Origin: Octopus vulgaris
Taxonomy: Eukaryota
NCBI GenBank assembly: GCA_951406725.2
Contig: OX597818.1
Span: forward strand, 118,606,001-118,670,000
Length of the DNA: 64,000 nucleotides
Direction: 5' to 3'
Shown here: positions 13,708-27,849 of the stretch, piece by piece
Layout of the letters: each line of letters opens with the position of its first letter
Numbering within the stretch: position 1 is the first letter of the stretch
Notes under the pieces: model-generated
Database searches by the model: none
What the model was told of the DNA's origin: nothing
What the model saw: only the letters and a program-made list of their open reading frames with translations
Program-made: the position numbers and the translations under genes

Positions 13708-14145
13708 TGAAGCAACTCCCACCACGCCAGCCAAGGGGTCGGTTTGTTTTCTGTAATATGGACTACAATTCACAATATAAAAAAGTTGGAAATCATCTGA
13801 TATTTTAACGGTACATCCATTATGCACCTGGGTATTTTCGCTACATTTTATTAGTGATTGATATCAGGTCAAAAATGTATTAGCTAGTCCTTAGAAAAAC
13901 CCCACTGACTTTAATTTAACTATTTATGGATCATTAAATTCACTAAACTATTTATCTCTTTTATGCTAGAATATTCATCAAATATTTCAGGTATACACTA
14001 TTTTGAACATAGGCAAGATTTGTGTTGAATATTTGTTTCTAGAAGCGGAAATTTAATTTCTGAAATCATTACCTCCTTCTTTCTTCCTAATTTTCCATAG
14101 GGCAATCAGCTGCACAAATAAGAATTCTTTATTCAATAGACATAC

Positions 14146-14237
14146 CGATATAATTCCATTTTAGGTATGCGAATAATTCGATTAATTGTCATCGGCAGCA
14201 TTAGCGCTTTGCCAACAAATAAATTCCATTCAATGAC
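14146..14237 (-). CDS. Candidate internal exon of an unidentified gene (VIEWNLFVGKALMLPMTINRIIRIPKMELY)
   Basis: Acceptor cttttgtatgcag, donor CG|gtatgt, 92 bp, only one open frame. No homology recognised. Confidence 0.3.
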
Positions 14238-14505
14238 CTGCATACAAAAGGGGAATGAATAATTAGTTTACGAATGTGGAAAAAAAATTATGAAATGGTT
14301 AATCAAAACGGAAGCATGTATTTTCTTTTTCTCTTTGGTAGAGTTGTTATAAAGAAAAGCTTCATGTTGGTATCCTAGACTAAGATTATCAACATGTTTT
14401 ATATTCATTTTAGTTGTTATTAAAAGATGTCATACAACTCTAGTTGAATAATAACCAACTGTGGTAGGGATTCTAACAGAAATGATACTTAATATACTCT
14501 CATAA

Positions 14506-14730
14506 GAGGCCGAGGACCTGCCAGGTTCGTCACCGCGCCGGGCAAAATGCTTAACGGCATTTCGTCCGGCTTTACTTTCTGAGATCAAATTCCGCTGAGG
14601 TCAACTTAGCTTTTCATCTTTTCGAGGTCGATAAAATAACTACCAATTAAGCACCGGAGTCAATGTAATCGGCCTATCCCTCCCCACGAAAAATAATTAC
14701 AGGCCATATACCAAAATTTGAAACCAATAT
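14506..14730 (+). mobile_element. SINE family 2 (diverged)
   Basis: CGCCGGGCAAAATGCTTAACGG...GAGATCAAATTCCGCTGAGGTCAAC...GGTCGATAAAATAA. Confidence 0.8.
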
Positions 14731-15448
14731 ACATTCAAAAGGCATGATTTTCGTATCATCGCATCTCCTCTAAGCAACAGTAGAATATTCTGCTAATTGC
14801 AATCAACTCATAATTGCTTAAATTGTTTTGGATGCTTGCATCGATACACCCCCAGTGTGGCCCAAGTTTTAGAAAATTGATAAGACGAATGAAATTCAAG
14901 TTGAAGGCTACAGCTGCAGAGGTGTATGAATCGTAGCATGAAGATAGATGGTATCGTGTTACATTGTTAGATGAATTCCGTAAACGTGTGATAACAGTGT
15001 AAAAGTCAATGGAGTTTTATCAATCACATATTTAATTTACCAAGCCAATAATTAAAACGAAATCATCGTGAGCGAGAATTTTTCGTTTACAATGTTGATT
15101 TCACATTGATTTTCAAATATGCTCCAAAAAGATTGTCAAACGTAAATATTTACATACGGACATTGATATTTTTATATACTATCTCATTTGACTTCGCCAT
15201 CCAGAGTTCCATTCTTCTACATGATTCTGCATCATACTGGAGTACGGTGTAAATTTTGGATTCCATAATCCTCAGTAGTACGGTTTATAAATATTAATAC
15301 ATTTGTAAAGAAATACTAAAATATGGGATTGCCAAATCTAGATACTTAACATATATATATAACGCAGACCAACTAAATGGATTACACAAATTTCATTTTA
15401 CAACCTAAATAATAACATGTCTGTCTACTGCAGAGTATTAACTGTTAC

Positions 15449-15646
15449 CAATAGTAAATAATTTGTAAGTGAGGACATAGATTTCGTCCAGAAGAACTTG
15501 CTAATGACTGTGTTATATAGGCAGCAGATGCATTTTCAGATAAATGAATCATCGTCGTCATGCTTTCAACATAATCTGATAAAGAAAACGAAAAGTGTGA
15601 ACTGTCATATGACCCTGCACCGACGCCATTACTTTGAAGAATTTCT
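15449..15646 (-). CDS. Candidate symmetric exon, 198 bp (EILQSNGVGAGSYDSSHFSFSLSDYVESMTTMIHLSENASAAYITQSLASSSGRNLCPHLQIIYY)
   Basis: Acceptor ttctgttactctttcag, donor TG|gtaaca, open frame throughout in AT-rich unique DNA, phase 2-2. Confidence 0.4.
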
Positions 15647-16994
15647 CTGAAAGAGTAACAGAATTCCATAATGTTGTTAATAATCTGTATAATAACATAA
15701 TATTTTAACCGGTACTACCTGGATGAAAGGGACGTTGTTGTACTTAGGCATTATTACAGCTTTCACTTTTGACTACGTAATGTGGGATTTCTCCCAAAGG
15801 AAACGTAAAATAACCGTTTCCTCTTTGAACTTCCTACGAAACGCAACAAAAGAAGAAATTAACATAGCATAAACATGTAATAACTCTTTGCTCGACTGCA
15901 TTATTTCCTCCTTATTCGATTATTCACATTGCTGCTTGAGAAAATAAAAGGAAGGAAATCATTTTGATGTAACAATATTTATAGTAACAAATCGTTAATC
16001 TAATTAAAACCATATATTAAATTGCAAATGTTAGGAATATGCAAATATAACCATGGACGATGTTGTATATTTTTTTGTCTTAATTTCGTAGGATGCTTTC
16101 CGTTTTATAACTAAACTATGAAATTGAAATTCTACGATTTTATGTTTCTGAGGCAATTTTAGAAGCCAATCGTTCATTCTGTTGTTTTTTTATAATTAAA
16201 AGACGCTGTATAAAATTTGGTCAATAATGTATATGTATTTAACGAGAGTTATCCTTCATGAGGTGTACCAGATTTCGTGACAGCGGTTCTTTGAATATTC
16301 AGTTTTGAGACATTTTTGAGAATGTCCAAGGAACATTAGTAATTAATTAAACGGTCAATACCAAAAGTTTACACAGTGAGTTAAATTACAATTGAAGCCC
16401 CTATATAACTTCAGTCCTCCAATTAAAATCTTTTTTTTTGTTTTTGTTACTGAAAATCAATATAAAAAATGGCGGATAAATGACCAAACCATTCACTGAG
16501 TTTTTCAGATATGCTTATTTCTATAACATTACATACATAATGCTCGGTGCTTTTTAATGTAACTATACTGCATATTTAATTCACGTCTACCAGAAGCATA
16601 TAAATACACACTTCCAAGGTTAGTCTAATTTCAATAAAATCATATTATCTGTAAAAGATCAGATTTCTTTCGAATTCATTGACCAATAACTTTATATACT
16701 AGTCATCAATCAATAAAGTAATTTTCACATGATTTTTTTGAAATCCAATTATTGATATGGTCCTACAACTAGCAATTATATAAAGCAGCGAGTAGCAAGA
16801 AAAAAATACGAGATAAAAAAGCATTTGGCGGAGATTTTCCATTATTAATTTCATTACTCTCTCATGCTTTTATAGAATTAGACTTTGAGCAGACAGTGAA
16901 AAGAAACAGCATATTGTTGTATTCTTATTTAAGGATGGTTTCAGAATAACATTACTAGAGGAAAATCTGGCGTCTGCGCGTGAGTATGTATATA

Positions 16995-18695
16995 CAGGGT
17001 GCGATGTGTAAATTGTCGCTATTTTATATTTTTTCATCTTGTACTTTAGCATTGTTTCTTTTTGATTTTGTCGACTAAACAGTATAGTAAGGTCAGTTGG
17101 GCGTTGTCTATGAGAAAAAAGGCACCATGACGCAACTCACTCTGCAAGAAATTTCGAAACGACATACTGTACTGCTTGGCATTCGTGCCGGAAGCTCTAA
17201 TATGAACATTTCAGAGTATTTGGTTGTCGATCTGAGGGCAGTGCATTGATTTCCTAAAGAGTTGGATGGTGATTACGAAGGTACAGCAGCTCCGAAAACT
17301 CACTCTGATAATAAAATAACTTTTGAATTTGCTGGTGATATCCAGGCCATGATTGACAACAACTCCTCTAAGTCAATCAGATCAATCGACAGGGAGACGG
17401 GAGTGTCTGAGTTTCTTATCAGGTAGGTAGTGCATGAGAACATTCGGTATTCCTCATGCAAGATAAGAAAGAGCCAATATTATTTTTATCCCAAACCATC
17501 AAGAACAAGAGGGAAGACAGCACTGCGAAGTTTTTGTACAAACTCAAACACATCCAACATAACATGCTTTGGTTTTTCTCGGATGAGAAAAATGTGTTTT
17601 TCTTCTTTTCTAATCTAAGCAGAAGGCCCGAAATTTTGGGGAAGGGGGCCAGTCAGTTAGATCGACCGCTGTACGCAACTGCTACTTATTTTTTCGGTCC
17701 CGAAAGGATGAAAGACAAAGTCGACCTCAGCGGAATTTGGACTCGGGGCATAAAGATAGACATAATATCGCTAAGCATTTCGCCTGGTGTGCTAACGTTT
17801 CTGCCAGCTCGCCACCTTCAGACGAGAAAAATATCTGTAAGGATCAGATGGTAAACACACATAACAACCATTGGCTAGCCGTGTCCCCGAACTACATTAC
17901 CAAGAGTGATAAAAATCAAGCGTCCAATCAACATCAAGGTGTTTGGAGTTATAACTAGTGGTGGCAACGTTATACCTCCATTCATTTTCCCATCCCACCT
18001 CAGACTCGACACGGATGCTTACATCAAGTGCTTGGAGGGGTAGTGATGCCCTGCGTCAAGAGGGTGGCTGCTGGAAGATACTATATCTGGCAACAGGACT
18101 CTGCACCATGCCATTCATGTAGGAAAACCCAGTCATGTCTGTCAGACAATTTCTGTGACCACATCATCCTTAACATCTGGCCACTTAATTTCCCAGACTG
18201 CCACTCCCGTTGATTATTATGTGTAGGGCGCAGTTGAGCAAGAGACCAAAAACGAAAACTACATTGTAACACCAAAAATTAACCGAAGTCCAAGATTATA
18301 GCATCATTCACCAATATAGACAAGGAGACCGTCCAGACAATTTCTGTGACCGCATCATCCCTAACATCTGGCCAATTAATTCCCCACACTGCCAACCATT
18401 TGATTACTATGTGTAGGGTGCAGTTCAGCGAATGACCCAAAAAATACATTTTAACACCAAAAATGAACTGAAGGCAAATATAATGTCAGCATCCAGTAAC
18501 ATAAACAAGAAGAGTTGCAGGAGATTCTGAAGTCAACTGGAAGCCGTGTTTGAAACCAATTTTGATTTTATAGAATAAATTTACTTTTTAGTATTTCAAG
18601 CTATTTTTATGTACTTTTGATAAATGTATCGTTTAAAATGAAATGTTAGCGTTCTTTTCCTTTTTGCGATTTTTAGACGACAATTTATTCACCTG
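16995..18695 (+). mobile_element. maT-type (DD37D) Tc1/mariner element, decayed
   Basis: TA-flanked ends CAGGGTG.../...CACCTG. Motifs FFSDEK, VFGVITSGG, WQQDSAPCH...WPxNxPDCxPFDYYV, with 37 residues between the last two Asp after allowing one frameshift. Contains a SINE insertion and a 191-bp tandem duplication. Confidence 0.8.
17594..17818 (-). mobile_element. SINE family 2 inserted in the maT transposase
   Basis: Flanked by a ~14-bp imperfect target-site duplication, CGGATGAGAAAAAT / CAGACGAGAAAAAT. Confidence 0.85.
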
Positions 18696-18726
18696 TATGT
18701 GTGTGTTTGTGTGTGTACATATTCTT

Positions 18727-18968
18727 TTATTATTTTATTTGTTTCAGTTATTTGAGTGCAGCCATGCTGGAGCACCGCCTTTGGTCGAACAAATCGACCC
18801 CAGGCGTTATACTTTGTACGCATAGTACTTATTCAGTCGGTTTCATTTGCCGAACCGTTGAGATACGTGGAAAGGCAATAGTAGAAGACACCCACCGAAG
18901 GTGCCGCGCAGTGGGACTGAACCGGAAAGCATGTTGGTGAGAAGCACGCTTCTTACCACACAGCCGCC
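18727..18968 (-). mobile_element. SINE family 1, internally deleted
   Basis: Head and tail match; the central microsatellite module is missing. Confidence 0.8.
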
Positions 18969-21871
18969 CTGCGTGGTATGTGTATGCTTGCTTGTGAACG
19001 TGTACGTGTGTGTGTCCGTGTTGTATGGTGTCTACGTGTGTCAGAGACAGAGAGACACAGAGACACAGAGAGAATGTGTGTTGAAATATATGGTAATGAA
19101 ACGTAATAAGCAATATATATATATATATATACATATATATTTAGTCAGTTATTAATTACTGAAGTCCTGCAGGTTCTGACAGCACAAATTTAAGTACTAC
19201 AGATGAACACAAACACAGTTCCGTACTGTTTGTTTTTCAGCTGGATGTAAGGACAATGCTAGTTCTGAAATTGTGAGTGGGAAACTACTTTAGAGATTAA
19301 AAGACACACAAATGAAGGTAACGGTTCAGTATTGGAATTAGTCGCATGGAAGGCTGCAAAAGCTAAAACGCTAAGCGACCAATTCTTCATTCCAAACATA
19401 TGATTTGGTGTTATGCAATATGAAACAAATTTCCAAATATCATTAAAGTTCACTGGGTTTACTGAAATATTGAAGCCATTAGAAAATATATTTCACAGTA
19501 CCAAAGTCTAATTTACAGTAGGAATCACAGAAACGCAAAACGTCTACGTGGGATGCGAAGTCTATTTGTGTATACACTTAGCTCCACAAGTTTACATACG
19601 TAAGTATTCTCTCTTTCTTCCTTTTATTATTTCTATCTATCTCTGTCTTTCTCTGTTTCTGTCTTTCTCTGTTTCTCTCTCTCTCATACACAGAGACACA
19701 CACACACACACATAATTACACACATTCACACACTTCTTTGTATATGTTTTTGTTTTTGTGTGTGTGTCTCTGTATAGGTATATGCGTGTGTATAGTATCG
19801 CATGAATATACGTATTTTATCGTATAAGTACACATACACACTGACACATAATGGCATACGTATGAATGTGTTATGTATGGTGACGTACATGCGTTGTTGT
19901 CAGTATGTGGCTAATTCCAAGGCCTCGTCTGCCAATTTCGGTTTCACTCACGCCAAACTGCTTTGCATATTCTTTCCTCTATTGCCACTGTGCAGACGAA
20001 ACTTTTAATATGCTTCAATATGGCCCTGCCTTTGGATTCTTCCGTCCATATTTCTTTCTTTGTCTCGAGCACTATTGATCACGCTGCTCATAGGGGTAAA
20101 AGCGTTCAAATATTGAGTATTAGGGCATTACTCTGCGTTTTTCCTCGCCGCCAATTCTTTTACTTACCTTCATTAGGAACGACAGATTTTATAACTCAAC
20201 AAATATCTTTGGTTAGAGAAAGGACAAAAAAATCATTACCCTCCTCTGTAGTGTCACATTATTTTGCTACATTATTTCTAAATTACAAACTCACCTACTA
20301 GAAAGGAGTATAAAGAACAAGAGCATGTTACCTGACAGGGTAGTGTTGGCACAAGCGTTTTCTAATAGGACCAGTATTTCCCCATGGAAAATGGTTCAAA
20401 CCTTTTTTTATTAAAGATTAATATACAGAAAAGGTATAGGATCAACAGAACAAATAATGAGACGTATGTAAGAATCTGTACTGGATCCGATATATTGGTT
20501 CGCAAAACACTGCATACTGTTTCACGGAATCCGATATACGGTTCCATGCTGATCCAGCTTCTTTATAACAGCTCGGCATACAAGCGGCACAGCTGAATTC
20601 ACCTTTTTCTCACCTCTAGAGTTTCATAGAGTTACTTCTCTCTACTCGCAAAACGTAGAAAAGTGCAATTCCTCACTAGTTGCGGCGATGGACGTGCTTT
20701 AGGATTTTTGTGAAGTGCACAAGAACCCGTTTTTCAATCAGCCGTGATATACTGCTTTTACGATAACCAGCCGTGTAGACAACTTAGAAGTATTGATGCT
20801 TCTCTATCTCTACATTTGAAATTCATTAGTTACACTGAAATCTATTTCTATCCATGAACTTTGGGCTTCTTTCTTCAATGCTTGTTGTTATTGTTTCCAA
20901 GTGAAATTAACTACTGTGGTTCTAAAATTGGTAATATATTCGAATGAAAATCATATGAAAAAACTTGCGTATCGTAAACGTAGGTATTCTTGGGCGAAAT
21001 ATTTTCCCATTCGTGCATACGTTGCTAGGGAGCCATCGGTTACACCTGCTAACCATATTTGGCGTTTGGATAGGCAAATGCTGCAAATAAAATGAAACAT
21101 ACGAATTCCCATTCAAGACATAAGTGACAAGTCGATGTTTCTCTATGAAGGCAAACGGAATAAATTGCCAAAAACTTAAGAAGCAATCATACGTTTACAC
21201 AAACAGACACACACACACACACTCACGCAAACATTTATGTACATGTGTGTGCGTGTGTGTGTATACATACATATATAATTGGTTAACAGGATAACAAACA
21301 TTAAGGCAAAGCAAATATCTCAAGTCGTATACAATATTATTATAGGAAGAAATTCCAAATCTTACATTGTTACAGACTCTGCCTGTCACTGATTTTTTTG
21401 TTTTTATGGGGTCAGTTTAAATTTATTGACTAGTTTATCAAAACCCTTGTTTCTCTAAGGCTGAGAGAACAGATGGCAGTATCTGTTAGGGGCAAAGCTG
21501 AAGGAGCAGACAGACATCATAGTTGGTATAATCACAAAAGTCAAGACTTATTAGAAGGAATATCATGAGGTTTGATAAAGGAAGACTTAAAAACAAGAGG
21601 TTACCTGATAATTGAGGTAGTGGTCCACTAGCAGACAATTGATAATGATACAGAAGAAGTCTTATCATGTAGTACTATAGTTAAATATTTTAAACAATGT
21701 TGCTGTATCGTATATAGTTAAAGTTTATGGTTATTCAGAGGATTATTAAAAAGATTTTATAACAAAAGGATAGAAACTTATGAATACTTTTGAGTATGTA
21801 CCAAACTTTTACCACAATAGGAGGAAAAGAAATTATCTAGAAATAGTTTAATATTCATACATATTATAGAC

Positions 21872-22007
<136 letters not shown>

Positions 22008-22671
22008 TCCTATATATTCCTGTTTGTTCATTTAGATGACGTCTCATTCAAAATTAGATGTTTTATTCATTTTACAATTTTTGCGAATCCAATAACTTGC
22101 TAGAAGTCAGATTTATAAATGTGTGTCGCAAGATAGGGCAGGAAAATGATAGTTAATGAAATTCGTCTATGAAATTGCTGATAAATATATCATGAAATAT
22201 TTCCTTCTGTAAACAATGTGGAGGTGGAAGAAAATGCGGACTGGTAGCAAGAATGGTACTAGATTGCTTGGCATTTAAAGTAGAATGAGACAGAGAAGAA
22301 AAATGTTCGAAATAAAAAGTATTAATATTGAAAGGAATGTCAAAGGTCTTTGAAATTCAATAATTAGAAAAGGAATGGCAAAGAGTGCGCGAGAAAATAG
22401 ATCGATAAAATTATAATAAAAGAAAGGAATTAATGTTTTTTTTTCCAAACAACAAATTAAAAATAAGCAAGATTTAGGGAGCCATAGTGGAGATTGTAAA
22501 TTGGTATTTTTCATATATTGTCATCATTATCAGCCAATGTAAAAATATTGGACGATGAATTGGAAATAATTTTAAATAAATACATAAAATTTCTAATGAA
22601 TTAGATTAAGTTATGCTGATCGACAGCATCAACATCACTACCAATACCATCACCATTTTCATTATCATCAC

Positions 22672-22707
<36 letters not shown>

Positions 22708-22847
22708 GCAGTAATACCATTTTCGTTAATATCGTCAAATCAAACAGCATGTTCCAACAGTCTATTGAAAATATGTGTAATTGAAAATGTATGTAATTGA
22801 AAAGAAAAAAAAACTATACGACTTTCTGTTATAGTGAAAAGAATGGG

Positions 22848-22866
22848 TAGTAGTAGTAGTAGTAGC

Positions 22867-22931
<65 letters not shown>

Positions 22932-22968
22932 CGTAGGTGGTGGTGGTGGTGGTGGTGGTGGTGGTGGT
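22848..22968. repeat. (TAG)n/(GGT)n compound microsatellite
   Basis: Seen directly in the sequence. Confidence 0.95.
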
Positions 22969-23061
22969 TTTGGCGGCGCTGGCAGCGGCGGCAGTGACAG
23001 TGGTGGTTATGGTGTGGGAGGTGGTCGTGGTGCTGATGGTAGGGGTAGTACAACAGCAGAC

Positions 23062-23198
23062 TAACGGTACTTATTTTATCGACCTCGAAAGGATGAAAGT
23101 TAAAGTCGACCGACCTCGGCGGAATTTGAACTCAGAACGTAACGGCTGACGAAATACCGCTAGTCATTTCGCCCGGCGTGCTAACGTTTCTGCCAGCT
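23062..23198 (-). mobile_element. SINE family 2
   Basis: Reverse complement of the 61718 head, including the B-box GTTCAAATTCC. Confidence 0.85.
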
Positions 23199-24061
23199 CA
23201 AATGCCAAGTTACTTTCCACCCACCCTGTGTACACACATACACACACACATACACACACACATACACACACAAACATACACACATACACGTTCACAAGCA
23301 CACACACACACACACACACTTATGTATATATTATGTATATTTTATGTATGCATCGATGTATTTGAAAGTGTGATGTAAAAGACTGAACGTTGAAAATTAA
23401 GGTTGCTACCCATGGAGAATGCACATATGACAAGAGCAGTTAAAGATTATTAACTATATTACTATGTAATGAAAAAAAGCGAATAACAGCGAACTATTTG
23501 CGATGTTAGACAACGTCATAAACATGTCAAACGATAAATGTAGGATTTGATGTTATCTGTACTCTAATTTAATTGATTCTTAAAAGATGTATTAAGACAC
23601 CCACTGTTCCTCTACAGTTATCAATGGACGCAATTCACGCTGCTGTGGTCATAAACCGGCCGCCGAAATACACATTATCTTGGATAATTCCAATTGACTA
23701 CTGTTCATATTTATGTATTATAGTAAAATCAGTTCAAGCCTCTTTGACACGTTAATGACGATCCTGACATAAATCTCACATCATCCGTGATCATTTTGTC
23801 TGGGGAAATAGTGATTATCTTTTAAATTGTTCGCAACTTCTCTTATTCTAGTGCACATAAGGTTGTAACGGCGTGTTACGGCCTAGTCATCCGCAGAGAA
23901 ACTTAAATGTATTATATCAACCTCATCATGTTGTTGCAATTGTTCCCTTTTCAACTCTATATCAACACTGAGCAATGCAATTGTACGATCAAAGATGTAT
24001 ATTTTATACGCAAAAATGTAATCTATTACAGACAGTATTTTAATTTTGACGTTTACCCGTT

Positions 24062-24160
24062 CTCTTTACTCTCTTTTACTCTTTTACTTGTTTCAGTCAT
24101 GACTGCGGCCATACTGAAGCACCGCCTTTCGTCGAGCAAATCGACCCACATGACTTTTTC
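24062..24160 (-). mobile_element. SINE family 1 tail fragment
   Basis: TTTTACTTGTTTCAGTCATGACTGCGGCCATACTGAAGCACCGCC. Confidence 0.75.
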
Positions 24161-25046
24161 TAAAAGAATAAAAGAGTAAAGAATATACAAATATGGGTGA
24201 ATTGAAATTATTTCAATTGGGATTTTTTTTCAATATATTTAACTGATTCAAAGCATCAGGTTTGATGATGTCATTGATGACATAACAGTAGTGAATACTA
24301 CGTGCATTGCATAAAACTGCCAGCCTTAGATAAAGCTAAAACATTGTTGTTTTAGAAAACTGTTAAATGGATTTCTAACATGCAAAAATTTCAAGACCAT
24401 GCTATTATTATTTTATTTTATTTCATTTTTTTAACAGGAGCTTAATGGAATTTTAAAATCATATTATAAAATAATAAACTGCCGTGAATGCTTAGTAAAA
24501 ATAACTAAATAAATAAATTTAATTATACCTACTAATTTGCTATATAGAGTTACTATTTAAGCATTTTAAATAGCCGGTGGAGTTATTTATTCAGAGAAAT
24601 ATACCCTACTGCATTAAATATTATACTCTTCAAAGTTAGCATTTGCCGAGGGTTAATGGATGTATGATGTATGCATTATTTTATCTCTTTTCATCACACA
24701 TCAAATGCTTTGCAGCTTCTCATACTTTCGCCCACGCAACTGCATTATATGTGCTGCGATTTCTCATTAATTCACACAGATAACCGCACTATCACACGCA
24801 CGCATTTGGTATGTGCGAGAAAGAAAGACGGTCAGAGAGAGAGAGAGAGAGAGAGAGAGACGATTGTCTGAACAAGTCTATATACATGATTATGCGGCTA
24901 TTATATAAACGCTTAAGTACATTGCTATCAATCTATCTATCAATATGTCTATCCATATCCATATGTCTGATATATATACGTGTAAGATGCACATGCATAT
25001 ATGTGTGTGAGTATGTATATGCTTGTACGTATGTGTAATGTGTACA

Positions 25047-25087
<41 letters not shown>

Positions 25088-25449
25088 GTGTGTGTGTGCG
25101 TGTGTGTGTGTGTGTGTTATTTAGAGATAGCAGTCCCCATTATCACACCATATAAAATAATTTTATTTTAATACTTACTAATCATTTCTAAATTTCTCTG
25201 CTACATGTGTTTCTTGAGGTTCTTTTACCGTTCCTTAAACATGCAGCGTTTTACAGGAACATTGCTTAAACACAACCCCAATCGTCAGGACTCTTGATAA
25301 CTTTATTATAATTCAATACCAATTTCTATATTTTAATATTTTAACAGTTACGAATCTAATTAACAGAAAAATATGCGTATGTGCAAATAAATTCGCCGAA
25401 CCTTACGGGGCAAACCATAATTTAATTGATTAAAAATAAAAAAATTAAT

Positions 25450-25480
<31 letters not shown>

Positions 25481-25484
<4 letters not shown>

Positions 25485-26951
25485 AGATTAGAAAATGGAG
25501 AAATACATCTAAATCAAATATCAATTACCAGATAATACTCAATCACATACTTTATTAAACCACCACATATAAGAGACTGTAGGGTTAGATATAAAAGCAG
25601 AACAAATCAGTGTACATAAATGAATGTACATAAAAAATGTACATAAAAAGTAATGTTGTATAATAAGTAGAATATATATAAAAGAGAATATGAATATAAG
25701 TAAATATAAATATAAGTATAGATTACATCTTACAGCTGTTTCAGCCATGTTGATAAGTATGTCTCATTTTACCAATATTAGCCCTTTATGGTAGGTCAAT
25801 ATATAGATATAAATGAGACATTTACAAAAATATCATAAGGCCTCTTCGGAGATTATGTAATATAAATCAGTCTACATATATACCCACATGGGTGTGGGCG
25901 CATACCCATAATACAACATATACATATGAGTGCAAATACTCACACTCTTATACATATAAAAATATACATATACTTAATGATATAAGTAAATAATATAAAT
26001 TAGTAAACATATATATGTGTTCTACATCCAATGTCTCAGTTTTTCGACTCAATATTGTGATAATAAACATACACAAATTAGTACCTAGATGCAAATATAC
26101 ATAGTTAATAGTACATTATATTGCTTCATACTAATTTCTAAAGTTTCATTAAAGTTAGCATCATTATCGTTGTCAATATCATTAATGTTATCATTATTAT
26201 CTTTCATAATATCATTAATAACGCTTACATTAGGATCCAGAGCGGTATATATTTATGTCCGGGTTCCAGTTAGTAATGTTCCTTATGACATAAATACACT
26301 ATTGGATTTGAATTTAAAATTATCATTATCTTCCGCACGGTTGGTCAATTGAGAGCCACCCGACCTCCACCACACAAAACATACACAACCACATCTAACC
26401 CTAAACCCACACATCCACACAGAGACTCACACACACATGAATATACCCCTTCACCTCTCTACACATTCGCTAAGTTGCAGAGTGCATGTCTGTCATCACA
26501 TGTCTTATAGACAAATCAGTACAGGCAGCAGTGTCTAACACTAACACACACACTCACACGTACATCCGCATATACGCATAAATATTAATACACTTTCTAT
26601 ACTGTGTCAGGGAACTTTCGCACACACATATATATATATTTAAATATATATCTGCGCACTCATACGTACAAATAAAACCTATATTTATATCCACCCATGA
26701 ATAAATATTCGCATATACATTTATACACATCCAAGTACGCATCTGCGTGCTCATATGTGTAATAAAAACGCACATCCGTACATCCACCCACTATCATACC
26801 TTTATGAACAAAAACATATATGCGTTCACAAACACATTTTCACACACCTACAGAAATTACTATTAATTTAGAATAATTTAATTAATTATAAATTCAATTA
26901 ATTATAGATTAGTAAGTGCCAAATAAACAAAAATAAATAATTAAATAAATA

Positions 26952-26982
<31 letters not shown>

Positions 26983-27256
26983 CCATGTATAGATAGATAG
27001 ATAAATGAAATGGAATACAAATTAAGGAGGGCACAGAGATAAACCTAATATAGTAAGTATAAGTGGATACGCCATAATGCACCCACATGCACATACATGT
27101 GCATGCACGCCCCCGCACGGACAAGCGAGCGCGCAACGTATGCGCGGATGCTCACGCGCACGTGTACGCTGGCGCACAAACTCCGGCGCTGTGATTGAGT
27201 ATTATCTGGTAATTGATATTTGATTTAGATGTATTTCTCCATTTTCTTATCTTGTA
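25481..27256 (-). mobile_element. Putative non-autonomous Penelope-like element bounded by a 67-bp inverted repeat
   Basis: 25481-25547 is the reverse complement of 27190-27256 (1 mismatch). Contains a hammerhead-like motif at 25722-25861. Left end abuts (TA)n. Confidence 0.55.
25722..25861 (-). ncRNA. Type I hammerhead-ribozyme-like motif (Penelope type)
   Basis: Stem I ATCT, core CCGAAGA (one change from CTGANGA), stem II GGCC/GGCT with an 11-bp internal hairpin ATGTCTCATTT/AAATGAGACAT, GAAA, palindromic ACAGCTGT, cleavage triplet GTA, then AGATGTAAT closing stem I. Confidence 0.55.
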
Positions 27257-27452
27257 TTAGTAATTTGTGGTAAATCATTTTAACTTTGCCCATATAAAAT
27301 TCAGTAGATGAATTGATTACATCGCAATCATTAACATTTATGTATTAACTTTGTTGGGTACTTCACTAGCAGTATATTGGATATATGTTATCCCGTGGAG
27401 GGTTGCATTTACAACCCATATCTCAATTTGTATATATATATATATACATGAT

Positions 27453-27814
27453 AGGCGCAGGAGTGGCTGTGTGGTAAGTAGCTTGCCTACCAACCACATG
27501 GTTCTGGGTTCAGTCCCACTGCGTGGCATCTTGGGCAAGTGTCTTCTGCTATAGCCTCGGGCCGACCAATGCCTTGTGAGTGGATTTGGTAGACGGAAAC
27601 TGAAAGAAGCCTGTCGTATATATGTATATATATGTATGTATGTGTATGTATATGTTTGTATGCTGGTATGTTTACGTCCCTGTAACTTAGCGGTTCGGCA
27701 AAAGAGACCGATAGAATAAGTACTGGGCTTACAAAGAATAAGTCCCGCGGTCAATTTGCTCGACTAAAGGCGGTGCTCCAGCATGGCCGCAGTCAAATGA
27801 CTGAAACAAGTAAA

Positions 27815-27817
<3 letters not shown>
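27453..27817 (+). mobile_element. SINE family 1, full length
   Basis: tRNA-like head, CORE-like segment, internal microsatellite, tail TGACTGAAACAAGTAAAAG. Confidence 0.9.

Positions 27818-27849
<32 letters not shown>

Noticed and set aside
13372-13827. 151-aa ORF as a host/retrotransposon fusion; faint dynein-like look of VKISDDFQLFYIV
   Set aside because: Only the C-terminal part is R4-like. The N-terminal 40 aa have no convincing homology, and other dynein-like hints (19.3 kb) are in the wrong order.
14101-14164. Plus-strand exon-like segment with a PTP-like NRHTDIIPF
   Set aside because: All frames contain or end in a stop; the similarity is too short.
19900-21100. Decayed coding-like region with a possible GIY-YIG hint (GTVYRIP...NQYIGSS) on the minus strand
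   Set aside because: Many stops and only a weak motif match; the family cannot be assigned without a search.
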